A stretch of DNA of 64,000 nt from Marsupella aquatica. Taxonomy: Eukaryota; Plantae; Marchantiophyta. The translations under genes and the position numbers were made by a program. The stretch is taken from assembly GCA_973895155.1 (NCBI GenBank), contig OZ316897.1, positions 17,094,058-17,158,057 on the forward strand. The letters are read 5' to 3'. Shown piece after piece: positions 11,029 to 24,865 of the stretch; within the stretch, counting starts at the first letter, position 1; each line of letters begins with the position of its first letter. The notes beneath the pieces are model-generated. The model did no database searches. It was not told the DNA's origin and saw nothing but the letters and a program-made list of their open reading frames with translations.

Positions 11029-13719
11029 GACTTGCTTACCAGATGGGACATCAAACAGCACTTAGCAGAATGTCCCCGGAAATTAAAATGATCCGTCCAT
11101 GAAGCGATCTGTCGGGATGAACGAAGGAAAGGTTCAAAGAGAACAGAATTAATGATCCGGATTGCATTTTGCACACGCGTTGAGAATGTCACTAGACAGG
11201 ATGGAACATCGAAAGGTTTGGTTCCTATCTGCTCAATGGAGAATGAACCTCTCGATCATTTGCTCACGAGAAAACATCGTTGCTTGGAGAGCTATAAGTA
11301 AATGCGTCAGATCTGTCCAATGTTCTGTCTGGAGATGGACTTGTGAGCGTTAATGCGCCTGAAGCAAGACACATGGTTGCGTTCGTGTACCATGCGGGCA
11401 GTTCCAGACTAAGTACCGTATAGCCTTGGCTCTTATGGACTTATACCCAACAGCAAAGCCCGGACTCCAATTCTGGGTCTGGCTGGCGATTCCTGTTAAC
11501 GATACAGTTATGCAAACTCAAGGCAGTTGGAGTCTTCCTCCGTTTCTTTTTTGTGCAACGGAACGGTAGTGATTTGCAGACTTGTGATATAACCAGCAAA
11601 TTCGGCGAGTGCTGTAGAATGTGTCTGAAACTAGAATCTTCCAGCAACCCGCAGAAAGTAGACCTCTGTTTTCTAGGTCACCTTTGATCCACCCAGCCGC
11701 AAGATTTGGCTGCAACATCGTTGGTACTTTCCGGTTCCTTTCTGGTCCAAAGCTGTGTTCTTCAAAAATTTATAATCAGCCACACTACCATAAGTTAACG
11801 ATACTAAACATCTAGCAGGGAATCCTGGACAGGACACAATCAAGCCGTGGATATCGCGAGCATGGTCGGTTGCGTCTGGAAATGTTGTCTCCTCCGAGTC
11901 GTTTTCCCGTGACATGAATGGTTCCCAAAATCCTTCCATTTCAGATAACTTGCAATGACTCAAAAGGTATGAAAGAATCCAGCAAGATTGATGTGATCTC
12001 TGAGTACAACGTGGAGGTCTCCATCACGCCTAAAGGTTTTGCGTTTACTTCACGGATATCTTTGGGTTTGTGATCTTTGACGACAGAGAAACTGTGGCTT
12101 TGGTTTCCATGCACAGGAGTTTGCACTAATAACGAATCTGCTCATTGTGAGTTTGCTGTAAAGCAATATCCCTGATTATTGCGTGACCACCTTTCGCGAC
12201 ATGAGATGCTGATGGCTCAAAAGAGCACTTGCCATACTTTCAATGAAGTCTGAAATTGAATAATTACTTCCATTCCACTTAAATCCCTGGATCGACCTTG
12301 ATTTCCATTCGGATCAAAGGGTATTTAGAGATAATTGCTTAGATCGAGCTCCCAGAGAACGCAGAGGCATGGCTGTGCCCGATTTGCAAATGTCTAGCTT
12401 CAAGATGAAAGGTTTTTCTATTATGCCAGGTACTGGACGTGAACTACTGTATATCAGCTTGTACTTCAAAAATTAATTCGGCGCCCCGGAAGCCAGAAAG
12501 ACATCTAAACTAATGGTACGTTGATTGCAAGGTGTGCTCGGCTGATCGAGGGACCGGAGTGCCGGACGTAGGTGAGTCAAAGTTGAACGATGGCATCATA
12601 ATGTACGGGAGCATACGGTGAGCAGGTATCGATCACCTTCACGTCGTCCTTCAAGAAGTTTCTATGATTCTAGATTGTCATGAGTACTGGAGGACATTTT
12701 GCATCAATGCAACTTCGGAGAGGCCACAGTCATATCCACTTGTCATAAATTTGACGGGAACAAGTCTCGTCATATTTATATGTCTACATATCAGGCACAC
12801 ACGGTGCGTTGTCAAGGCCACCAGCTGTTATGCTAGTTCCATCAATCAATAAATGATCCTTCGAAAAACTGTGATCATAAAATCTACTGCGCCCACAATA
12901 GTCTGTTAGTTGTGGACCCATGTGAGCCCTAGTCGTCAATCGAAACCGAATTGGCTTCCGGAAAGTGTTGGATTAGACTGTTGAGTGAATGAATCTTGTG
13001 ATCAAAGAACTCGTTCACAGGACTGTTATCGCAATGCGCAGAAGAGTTGAGAATTGAGAACGGTGACGAGCACTTCTCAGTCAGCCATTCGGTATAATCA
13101 GCGTAGTCTGTATCGTAAGTGTTGTCGTTTTCATCGGTGAGATACACGAAAAAGTACAACTGAAGCACCAAATTGAGGCTGGTAAATAAAACAGTACCGA
13201 CGTCAAACGAACGGGTTACACAAAGTTTCGTTTTGAATTTGGCTCTGCCACCTTGATTCTTCTAACATGGTTCGTCGAAACGAGAAGCGAAAAGTTTCAG
13301 ATGTGGGAGCGAGATTGTGCAGAAGAAGGTCGTAGCTATAGGAAATCATCCCGATCAACTCTTCCAGGTTGGTGAGTTCTACACAAGTGTACAACACAGC
13401 CAAAACGGGGAAATCTGGACTCGTCAGCTACCTTTACTCATATCCAATTCCATCAATGAGGTACTCTGTTCTCAGTGAGATGTTTGTCGAGAACTTAACT
13501 CTACTGGGAAATTCTTCGCAGACTTTTTGCAGGCTGAGGATAACTTACTAGTCCATAATGCTGATTTGAGCTGGATTGGATCGAGCTGGATTGACTCGCA
13601 TGATCAATATATACGCACGACCGTAGGCTCTACATACTACATTTACACGAGATGCAGGCCAACCTTTGGACACAGAAAACTTGCTGCGATTCACTCGGGA
13701 TTGTATCGAACGCCATCAT

Positions 13720-13833
13720 TGCATTCACAACCTTCATCATAGGAACAAGAATCGGTCCGTGCATTCACAACCTTCAGCATAGGAAACAAGAGGCAGTCCA
13801 TGCATTCACAACCTTCAGCATGGGAAACAAGAG
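13720..13833. repeat. ~40-bp tandem repeat, 3 copies
   Basis: TGCATTCACAACCTTCA(T/G)CAT(A/G)GGAA(A)CAAGA occurs three times. Confidence 0.9.
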
Positions 13834-14439
13834 TGAGTAATGGACTGTGACTTTTGTGCACTACCACACCGTAAACACAATGCTTGTGCCCATCGATACG
13901 TAGCGAGGTCATGGCCGCGAACATCCAGTGCCGATACATAATACTCGTTAATTTAATTTAATTTAATTTATTATTATTTTCTTCTTCTTTTTCCCTCAAA
14001 AGCAAAACGAGGCAAAAGCCCCAACCCGCCCACCCGGCCACAAAAGCCCCCCGGGCGGGAACGGACCGCGGCCAAGGGAACACCAAGCCAAAAACGCACC
14101 AACTAATCAGGCCAAGGGGCCATGAACTGCCTACCTTTCCAGTTCAAAAACAGTCCCCCAATTATACTCACCTCTGTGCCTAGTGCCCCTAGAGGTACTA
14201 TTTCTCTCATTCCTAGCGCTCCACATGTGGTTGGGGCGATTAATCCGCGTGTTCTGTCTGCAATGGCCATATAGGTCCTGTTGCACCAAGGTCCTCGTCA
14301 ATTTGACAAAGCAGATCTAGATTCATTCAAGATTCAGAGAAGGGAATAAGAGAATTGTCTTTCTCAAATTTTCCAGACAAGACCAAACACGATGTCGAGG
14401 TGCAGCTTGAATTGTAACGAGCATGGTTTTCAATCGCTA

Positions 14440-14720
14440 ACATATGGTCTTGTGCCATAACAATTAGTCACTGTAGATGGTGGTGAGAAAAAAACAAAAA
14501 AAACTTTTACACAGTTGTGAAAAAGTTATGACCTATTGGTTATATTAAAGTTATGACTGATTCCTTATGCCATCATCCCTAATGTCCAAGCCTTGAGACT
14601 TCCTAATAATTCTTTCATTGCTTCCAAGCTCATCCCTAATGTCCAAGCTTTGAGACTTCCTAATAATTCTTTCATTGCTTCCAAGCTTTGAGACACCCTA
14701 ATAATTATTTCATTGCTTTC
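14440..14720. mobile_element. Right part of a MITE with a triplicated terminus plus flank
   Basis: TTGAGAC(TT/AC)CCT|AATAATT occurs at ~14593, 14650 and 14688. The interior (AAAAGTTATGACC, CCCTAAT..CAAGCTTTGAGA) resembles 39870-40011. Confidence 0.65.
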
Positions 14721-16489
14721 ATTTCAGGAGAAAACTCATTTCACCTGAGTGACTTGTGACGAGCAGGCCTAGCCTCAAGTCCAATCTTCACCCAGACAGT
14801 TATGCTTTAGATTTTGCTCTGCATGTAAATGAGTTATGCTCCAAACCACTTTGGGTGAGTAAAATGTGTGTGTTCTATGCCAATCCACTTCCTGCTGGTC
14901 GAATGTCTTATATTTCACAGGCACTTGTGGTAGTTGCAGAAATTATATTGGAAAAATGAAACACTGTTTTCCTTGCCTGCAACCTACAATAGGTGCACAA
15001 GTTCTTACAATTGTGAAGTTCCAGTCAGGACTAGTTCGATAGACAACAAATAATTGTGAAAAAGTTTATATCACCCCTACCAAACAACAAAAAGCTCCTA
15101 AAGGAAGGAGACAGGATCCAAAGGTAGGACAAAGGGAAACCCCAAGGAAAAAGGTAGTTAGTGTTGTCAATGATGGCCCCCTCCTGTACATTGCTATCTG
15201 GCGAAAGTATCAATTAATTAGGCCAGTCAGACAGATCTTTGTCGCTGGTGGTCATGAGCACTATAAACACTGTTCCGAAAAGAACAAATTCAATTTAAAA
15301 ACGCCAAAAAAAATCCAAGAAGAAAACAAATAGGAAGAAAACCCTACACAGGGACCGTCTGAGTTTTTATCATGGGTAATTTGAGATCCCATCCTAGTTC
15401 AAAGGTTTGGATGGAGATCCAATCTGAGCTTAACAATCCCAGAGCTCACAAACCTGTGGGAGTGAGTTATAACATTTTCCAAAGTTGTCAAAATGGTCAC
15501 CATGGAACAGCCTTTTTTTTTTCTTTAATCCTTGAAAATAGCCAGGTGGTGATTGATGCCCCACTTGAGTAGCCATATTGTCCATTGATATTGAAAAATA
15601 CTCTCAACTGTAGAAACTTCCTGGATGGACCACCCCAACGCGGATGGACTGTTTCAAACATTGCTTGAAATTTTGGGTCTCTAAACTTTCTAGGTCCATT
15701 GGAGTTACATGGTGCCACATTGTGGGTCATCTGAGCATCATTTGCATTTGGTGGGGTGGTCCATTGATGAAGAAGAGAGGAGTCTTCGGTGGTCCATTGA
15801 GGATCAACTCAGAAAGAAAACGACCAATCCAAATGAATTCAAGGGTGGTCCCTCAAAAGTTTTTTTTTTATTTTTTTATTTTTTTATTTATTTTTTTTAT
15901 TCAAGGGTGGTCACTTTCCATTGTTTAAATGTTGCTTTGGTTTTGTTCTTTGCCATTACTACTGCTCTGACCTCACCTCTTCCACGAACACAATTGTCAA
16001 TTGTTTTTAATATTTGATTGCTGCAATGGTTTGTTTATCTATGTTCCCTAAACTTGACTATTGAATTATCAGAGGGAGTGAGTTCCTCAGACAAGCTTTT
16101 AGGCAAAATTAAAGGTCAGTCCAAATTGCTTTTATTTCAGGTAATACTTTTGTATATGATGGCTCTCCATTATCACATATATTATACCAAGCTATGCTAG
16201 ATCATCTCAAACTTCTGGTTTTGGAGCCCAGACAGGCATGGCTGTTTGGTAGCTCACTTGAGTTGAGACTCATAGGTCTGGAATTCAAATGTTATAGCTG
16301 ATTGTTCCCTTTTTGTGGGGTTCACAAATTTCACTTTAAAAATAAAATAAAAACTTCTGGCTCGGCGGGTTCATGGTCACACAGGTTTTCCCAAAATTAA
16401 AAATCGTGTTGACTCACAAATAGGTGGGTTACCACTTGCAATTAAAAACTCATAGTTTAGGGCCAGGGATATTTTCACAACCCTTAAGG

Positions 16490-16505
16490 TTTGAGACACC
16501 CTATT
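16490..16505. mobile_element. Solo right TIR of the AGGG..TCTCAAA family
   Basis: TTTGAGACACCCT|ATT. No clear left partner found. Confidence 0.5.
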
Positions 16506-19500
16506 ACATAATAAAAACGAATAGAAAAATGCTCAATCAATCCTCTTCTCGGTTTTCAGCATTCCTGAAGACTGCTTAATCATGGCCAATAATGAATCCT
16601 CTTTTCGGTAGCATTTCCTATAGACAGCACAATGATTATTGATCTGGAGATCGACAGCTTATACAGGACCACTAAAGGATTCCTGGGTTGTTTTTTAACA
16701 CCCATGACATCACTAGAGCATCTTAAAGCAGGGTAGTAAGTAAGGTACAACCAAGGACATAAATGATTTTATACCTCGGACATAACCTTATGGGTTACCT
16801 TAAGAATAAGACATTCAAAAAATCACACTCATAAGACCTTCTTTGATTTGACACACCCTAGTGGATAAAGCCGCCTGAAGTACACTGTTCACCCTAATTG
16901 GTCTTATCACAGAATTAGTGTTACTCCTTAATTAATGTAAGTAATACTACTTTTAGAGTGGTGTAGGTTGGAACAGAAAACAACACTAAATGTGGTGGGT
17001 TTTTGGGCTAACACTATCAGGGAGTTCAGGAATTCTTTGAACTACAGTGGAGAAATTACAATTTGTCTAATACTACTCCTGATTTGTGCTGACATTGTTG
17101 GCAAGTAGTGTAGCCCTATTGAGACTTTGTTCCCTAACTGTAAATTTACCTTTTTCTAGTTATCTTGGGTGCCTGAAACACACTCTCTTCGCTAGCTGTT
17201 TGAGGTCTATCTGTGCATTGAAGCCCTCTCACTATTGCTTGTATGAAGTAGTCTTTGAAATGTGGCCACCAATCAAAATCTCCAAATAGTGTTATCCACA
17301 AATTTAAATTAGAATTAGTATGACTCTAATCTTACTTTATGCTTATATTATTAGTGTTACTATTCAATTGAAGAATAAGCCCCAAAACTTTATGCTGCAC
17401 AAAAAATATTACCAAAACTAATTGCATTGAACAAAGTGATTTACTTCCGTCAGGATAACTGGATAAGCACGTTCTCCTGCCGTGAACCTTCGTCGGAAGA
17501 AGAAAGGCACGGCTGAGGTTTGAACCCGGACCGACCCCCGAATCAAAGGACGGCCGGAGAGGAAACGCCGGCATGACTTGGCCGAATGCCATTGGTGTGT
17601 TCAAGGCCCATTTTGGCCCACAACAAGTGTAGCGCCACTTGTACATTGGCCACCGGGAGGACAGGTCACAGCTCTGACAACGAGAGTAAAGGTCGTCGAT
17701 GTCGATCGGATCATTTAATGTACTTACATGCACGGCCTATTTAATTACTTAGTAATCCGTTTCTTAATGCTTGACACGAGTGAGGGTGAGGTTGTTCCAT
17801 GGCTGGAGACAAAGGACGACCCTAACTCATCCAGTAGTCCAATACGGTTAATCTCAGTACGCTAATTAAACACAGTACTATATAGTACATTGGAGGACTG
17901 TACTCTATGCTTATTACTGTCCCCAGGGCTCAGGGAATCAGTCATTGGAATCTTCGAGATTGTTTTTGAGTAATTTTCGAGGGCTATGAAGGAAAATAGA
18001 TGGGACCCACCGAATATTATACTATAATATTTGTTTCTAACGTTACGGAAAGCCGTCAGATCCTTCACGATTTTAAGTACAGTCGTTAGATCTTCAAAGA
18101 ACTGGCAAGGCACATTTTGTTAAAATTTCCCCTAATTTTCTTTGTAACATATTGGTAAGATTTTGGTAAACATTAACAACTACATAATCACTTCATAAAT
18201 ATTATTGTAAGCCGCATGTTCCTCTTTGAAACAATAAGTTTTACTGCCTCAAGTAGAACCATTAGTGGGTTGGTGAAACATTGTGATCCAGCTGGGCTAA
18301 GTCTCTTTATTTGGTCCCATATTTCTGACATAAGATTTCCAAAAACAGTTACAATATCATATCATTCTGGTTGAAGCGCATACTTTTTTTAGAACAATAG
18401 AATGAAGTAGTTGTGATCAGGAGACCCACACTCCCACCAACATAACCTACAGTAGATCCTCGTGAATCTATCCAATCTCTAATAGTGAGTTTTGAAACTG
18501 AAGGGAAACAAACAAAAATTGGGCCCAAAACTATCAGTTTCATTTAGTTCACAAGTGGTAAACCAGCTATTTGCGAATCCACCAGTGTAGTTCTGGGAAA
18601 ACCTGTATAATTGTGTCCGACGCCAAAACTGAGAGGTTTGAGATGCCCTAATATGTAGTTCAGTCTTGTATGACCACACTTGGTCACAGATATGGTTTTT
18701 GGCTAGCTGCGAGTTGTTGTAAGTGAAGATTTATCAGGCTGTATCAACTCTTTTTTTAAATAAGGATCTAAAGCCTATATAATTAGAGCCAGGCCATGAC
18801 AAAAACTAGGTACAGACAAGAGAGATAAAAACAACACATACCCTAGCCCACGAGAGGGGGGGACCAGGAACCTCAGAACCACCCCAAGCCCCCAATAATA
18901 AGGGCCAGTAAATAGTGATCTTGGGTCTAGAATCAGTCTGTGTGAGCCATCTAAGTTCATAACAACAATCAAAAGTAGGAATCATCCCCCCTCCAAAAAA
19001 AAACGCAATATCATTCTATGGTTTTCCCTAATTATCCTTTTGTATTCCCTTGGTACCAAAAAAGGCACGATAGATTTAGGGCTGTGAAAAATGATTAAAA
19101 TTACGGGATTGGCATTTGCTGAACAGAGTCTAGGGCATTAATGGAAACCCTTAGACCTTGTCTCTTTATTGAGGTTAGAGCTACTCCTGTATTTATTCTT
19201 TTTTTTCTAGAAAAGGCATACGGCCACAAACTTTCCTGCACAAATTAAGGTGCCACTGCAGGGGCCAGGAAAAGCCAAAATGCAGGTTGGTACAAATGAA
19301 AGTGCACTATCGGATTCCCAACCACTAGCAACCATCCCTACAACGATGGTAATGGCCCCACCAACTTTGTGCTACATAAGATCCCCAAGCCCTGCCCAAA
19401 GAGAAGAACAATGTAGAACTACAGTAGGTATGCAACACTTGCACACTGGTTGTGCAAGTTGATCAATAGACATGGGGGTGCAACGGATGAAATGCAAGGC

Positions 19501-20930
19501 AAAGAAAATGCGAAGCGAGAAGTGGGCTGAGAAGGGGCTAAACCCTCATTTGAGGGTAAAATGGGGCATGGCTCCGAGCATGCCTCAAACTCGGAGATGA
19601 GTATTTTGAGGCATCCTATCGCATACAGTTGGACTTTTTCTGATACCCTTAGAAACCTAACAATAAGCAGCTGTAAATCAACCAGGTGATGGCACGTGAC
19701 ATTTCTAATTTGAATCCTTTTTCCATAGCAGTTTTATTAAAAAGTCCTATCCAAAACATGGAACCACTCTGTGCCCATTCACACTTGATGGGGCGCATCT
19801 GGGGAAGTGAGATCCTCAAGCTCAAATTGTGCTGGGTACCAAATGGCCTTGGAGGGAGAGCACGTTACTGTGTTTAAGGCGTTGGCAAAGGAAGAGCCCA
19901 AAACTCATGGGAACAAGGCTTGGAGGGTGGCATGTTTGAGAACTTACCCACCTTCCTTGCGGCTACTTCATAAGCCCCTAGTCAATGAGAGAACGACAAG
20001 GTAAAAATGATACATTTGTTATCTTTGCATATTTTTATTTTAATGACAAATTAAGCTCATTCAAACTTACAATTCTAAAGAATAGGTTGATAAGTGTGGT
20101 TTTATGTATGTGCTGTTTTGAAATAGATAGAGTGGTCCATCACGCGAAAGAGGAGAGAACAAGATGACAACAAGTTAGATAGAAGAATTTGAAAGGGGAA
20201 TATATCACAATATTAAGAGAATTTAAGAGTTAAAACCATACAAAACGATCCAATGGCATAATGGACCAATGTAAAGGGGACAAGAACAAGTAAACAGCGT
20301 TCACAAGGCAGATATATAATGTTTGATTGAAGATGGTAAGGGATCCCTGCTGATAATCACACATCCAAATGTGGTAATATACAGTGTGCACTCTTTAATT
20401 TAAAGAAAATAGGAGGTTTATCATGGTATTGAGGGATGTCTTACACCTTATATGTCATACTTTGTAAGGGATCAATAGGTGGCTGGGGAATTAGAACAAG
20501 GCTATGACTCAATAGTGACGATACTGGACAATGTCAAAAACAATAAATAGTTTCATATTTAATTTATATTCTGGAAGAAGATCTCAGTTTAATTTTTTTT
20601 GTTTTGTTTTTTAATCTGCAGTTGCCCCATCAAGAACTAGAGGTTACCTTTAGGATCCAAATTCTACTATAAACAGAAAAAATTTCCCAAAATCTTGGAC
20701 CAAAAGACTGGCACCTTAAAGGTAAGAAGTGAATGGAATATGAAAAAAGTGAGAGGTTTTGGACACTTCCCCTTGTATATGGAACGTGTGATTAAATTAA
20801 GAGAAACTCTTAAAGAACTCATTTTAGGGTTTCTCCTAAATGAAAACTTTGGCAGATACAAACTTAGGACTTGGGAAGGGGCCTCATTAAACTCTACTCC
20901 ATGCAAGAACCAACTTTAACCATAAGCGGA

Positions 20931-21926
20931 GAGATATATGCTTTATGCGCCCCCTGGTGAACCTTTCTTACCTGATGGGCCCCTAGGGAACTTTTTTTAC
21001 CAAGTAGGACCCCTCTTAATGATCAGTACACCTGTTCTTGTGTGGTGCCTACACCTGTCCTTGTGTGGTGCCTACTATGTATGGTGACTCCAAGAAAACT
21101 GCACAGTTGAACCGTGCGGTCAACCTTGCATGGTCGACCGAGAAACCACGGAGATGATTCGGGAGAAACCGCGAAAAGCGACTGCCGCTGCCGAAACTGC
21201 AATTTGAAGACAATATGCATTATGTCTTCAGATTCACTGGGTTAATGCCTGAAGACACAATGGATTATGTCTTCGGGTTCAAATTTTTACCGTATCGTGG
21301 GGTAGTTATTAGGTATGTTTTGCATGTTGCGCACATGGGTTTTTCACGATGTTTTCATGCACGACTATCAGCGTCAGTGTGGGGTACCTCCAAATGTCCA
21401 CAAAGAATATTCAAGTTCAATGTTCGGAATTTGCCTACTGCAGCCACAACAAAAATTGGCAAATGATTGACAAATGCGCTCAAAAAATGGTAATACTCCC
21501 CTGTGTATGCATACAAACAATTTCCAAAGAAGACAGACCCAAAGGTGTCGGGGTACACCCTAAACCCTAAACCTTGAAACACGGGAAGACATAATCCATT
21601 GAGTCTTCAGGCATTAACCCATTGAATCCGAAGACATAATGCATATTGTCTTCAAATCATAGTTTCGACAGCGACAGTCGCTTTTCGCGGTTTCTCCCGA
21701 ATCATCCATGGTTTCTCGGTCGACCATGCAAGGTTGACCGCACGGTTCAATTGTGCAGTTTGCTTGGAGTCACCATACACAGTTGGCACCACACAAGGAC
21801 AGGTGTAGGCACCACACAAGAACAGGTGTACTGGTCATTAAGAGGGGTCCTACTTGGTAAAAAAAGTTACCTAGGGGCCCATCAGGTAAGAAAGGTTCAC
21901 CAGGGGGCCCATCAAGCATATATCTC
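20931..21926. mobile_element. Mutator-like (MULE) non-autonomous foldback element, 996 bp
   Basis: Near-perfect ~340-bp TIRs (20931-21274 and 21585-21926) beginning GAGATATATGCTT. Exact 10-bp TSD CATAAGCGGA at 20921-20930 and 21927-21936. Long G-starting TIRs with a 9-11-bp TSD are Mutator hallmarks. Confidence 0.92.
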
Positions 21927-24865
21927 CATAAGCGGATGATAGTATACTAAAAGCCAGCCCAGGACTGAGCCGTGTCATTCATGTTCTCCGACTCTAGGGA
22001 CAATTAGTATATCAAAGCCCATGAGAACAAAAGGGGACCAACTGGTAGGCAGAATCCCATAGACTGAAGTCCTCACTCAGGGGGTGAGATATTCAGACAA
22101 GTTTGAATACTACTAGTCCCAACTACACTACATGTTCGTTGAAAGTGAGAAGATGAGAGGACAATAAAATGTAACAAAATATATTCCATATTCTTATCTT
22201 TTAGATATTAATTAAAAAAAATTTAAAAACAATCATTCATGTCATACATAATAATTATCTCTTCGTGTCTATGCACATTTTATCTTCTTTGGTGGGGCCT
22301 TAGTGTCATGGTCTAGAGGCTTCCCTCGAGAAGCCTAGACCCACTCTAGCTTCCCCTTGGAGCTTTATAAGTAAGATTTAAAGACAAAACAGAGTTTTTA
22401 GTGGTGGACCCATACTTGACTACATTAGCAGTGTACCATGCTTGCTTCAGCCACACCTACTCCTTTTAAAGCTATAGTTTACTAGTAGCTACCATTAAAA
22501 GTTTTTATTTTAAAATCAAGACTTTAGGTATTATTCTTTTAAGGAGGGGCCGGGGGATTAAAAGGGACAAGCCTGAATTTCCATCTCCATTCAATTTACC
22601 ATCCAGAACACCAAAAGGAAAATTGGCAAATTCCCTGATGCTATGTTTGGCAGAAAAGCAAAACAGCCATTTGAACAAAGAGAATTGGTCACTTTGGATA
22701 GCTACACAAGTACCACTAAAGCAGCAGGTCTTGAATCGAACTGCCCTCCTAGAGTCCAACAGAGAGTCCAACTGAATTTTACAAAATAGCTTTCAACATC
22801 AAAGGTTTTAATTTTGTTTTTTTCAAAAGGGAAGGGAATCCCTGCCCTAGACAACCAGCCACCCTTCAACATCAAATCTACCCTTGCTCACGATACCTTG
22901 GCCAGAACAAAACTAACAAGCTTAAGAAGCTCACAGCTTTATTTGAATGACTCCACACCAAACTGTGATTAGACGTCCCATCACCCCAAGCCAAATCATT
23001 CATGGTCATAGATGTGTAAATAAGCTCTTTGTATCTTGGCATTTCTTTCAAAATGCTAATCCCATGTTTTATGCTTTCTCCCCAACCTACAACATGACAT
23101 GCCAAGGTGTAAATGGGATGACTATTCAATAGCCTTTAACTCGTGCCTGTTGATTACTCTTTTGTTTTCAAAATAAATAATTAGAAGACAATAGCTTGAA
23201 CATCAAGCAACCCTTGCCCAATTGATATACCCCGGGACAAACAAATGAACCTCCGAAGATCACTAATAAAATTGTCTGAGTGACTGCATTCCAACCTATG
23301 ATGGTTGTCCACGAAATAAGATGGGACCTTACTAACTAATTATCCCTCAAGCTCTATCCATCTATACTCTTTGCATTTTTACCCAAACCAGTAGGGAAGT
23401 CATGTATGGGGCTGCCAGGATTTTGGCTAATCATAACATAACCAAAACCAGTGCGGCTGAAATTAACACTTTTAATTAAGGTCTAAACCCTCTTTGATCC
23501 ATAATTACTTTGTTGAGCCTTAAGAGCTCAGTGCATGTAAAGCCTGCTCGGACTGTAGTAAGAGAACTACTTTAGTTACCATGGCAGAAAGCAGGAGAAC
23601 AGTATTTCTCCTTGTGTTATTTCCTGAAATTAAATCAATTAATGTTGACTAACCTAGTTTGGCACCAGGAACAACAATTTTCAACTACTTAAATATGCCC
23701 AAAGTGACAATAATGACACCGTTGTTTTTGTATTTACCAATATGTCACAGTTGCATCTGGGTACAAGTTCACCGACATAACCAGGATAAGTCTATGCCGC
23801 AACACATAATACAATAAAAACAATGAATTATAAATTAGAATATAATAGGGCGTCTCAAACCCAGGCTATAACTCATTATGGCCCTCCCGTAAGCCACATG
23901 TTACGGGAGCTCCCGTAAAAATTACAGGAGCCTATCTTCGGTTCCCGTAAGGAAACCCCACGGGCTTTTGCCTTTAGTCATTACCTTAACCACAGTCCGT
24001 TAACATTGGCGCGAATACTGTGTGCCTTTGTTGGACTGTAGTGCCAATGTCGTGAGGTAGCCAGGTCCAAACTTTGAACTCGCTCTCTTTCTTATCGAAG
24101 GCGGAGAGGAGAAAACTGAGCCATGGCGATCGCAACAGAGAAGTGGTGAATTTGGCGCAACTGCATTTCGCGAGCCTAAACCTGCAATCCGCGAGGTCCA
24201 ACCTGCACATCGCGAGATCGATAGCGCCATCTTTTCAAGCAATAAGTAAGTCTTTGCAGATGCAATTCAAGTTTCGTGTGTATGCAAATTTCACAGTTTC
24301 CGATTGATGAAGTCGTGACATTGTCGGCTTGTGTATGGTCGCAGCTTGCCTTGCTTAGAGCTGAATCTCTTCTAATTTTGAGCAACAGGTCAGTTGTTTG
24401 GTTTTGCTTGAGAATGTGCTTGTATGCAGATTTGTCGGGATTCCGGAAAAATCATCGTCTTGGCGTGGTCGTCGTATGGCTTGTGTTATTGGATTAGCAT
24501 GCGCATCGACATCACGTCGTGGATTACAGAAGCTTGAGCTATACCTCTTCTACTTTCGAGCAACAAAGTGAGTTGTTGAGTTGCGATAGTTGTTTGGTTG
24601 CGATACAGATTGCGTTTGTATGCAGTTTTTCTGGAATTCAGAAAAAATCATCATTGTCATATCAAATGTGTTTATATGGCTTCCGTCCAGGTTTCAAATT
24701 TGCATCGTCATCACAAGTTTTGAGCTTCTTCACTCCAACAATAGCAGCGAGGTGAGTGCTTTCAGTTGTTGTTCAGCTTGAAATCTTTGAAAAGTTAATT
24801 GACAGTATATTCCAACTCTGTTATTACTTCCTGAATCAGTTCTTCCTATATGTAGATTGCAAAAG

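Noticed and set aside
11440-13560. Coding-like minus-strand fragments (possible decayed gene)
   Set aside because: Multiple stops and no identifiable family motif.
13720-13833. Three spaced repeats superficially resembling a CRISPR array
   Set aside because: The variable parts are only ~9 bp, the context is eukaryotic and there are no cas genes; this is an ordinary minisatellite.
18750-23150. Poly-T-headed segments (18750, 19195, 22812) suggestive of reversed LINE 3' ends
   Set aside because: No reverse-transcriptase motif or TSD could be confirmed by eye.
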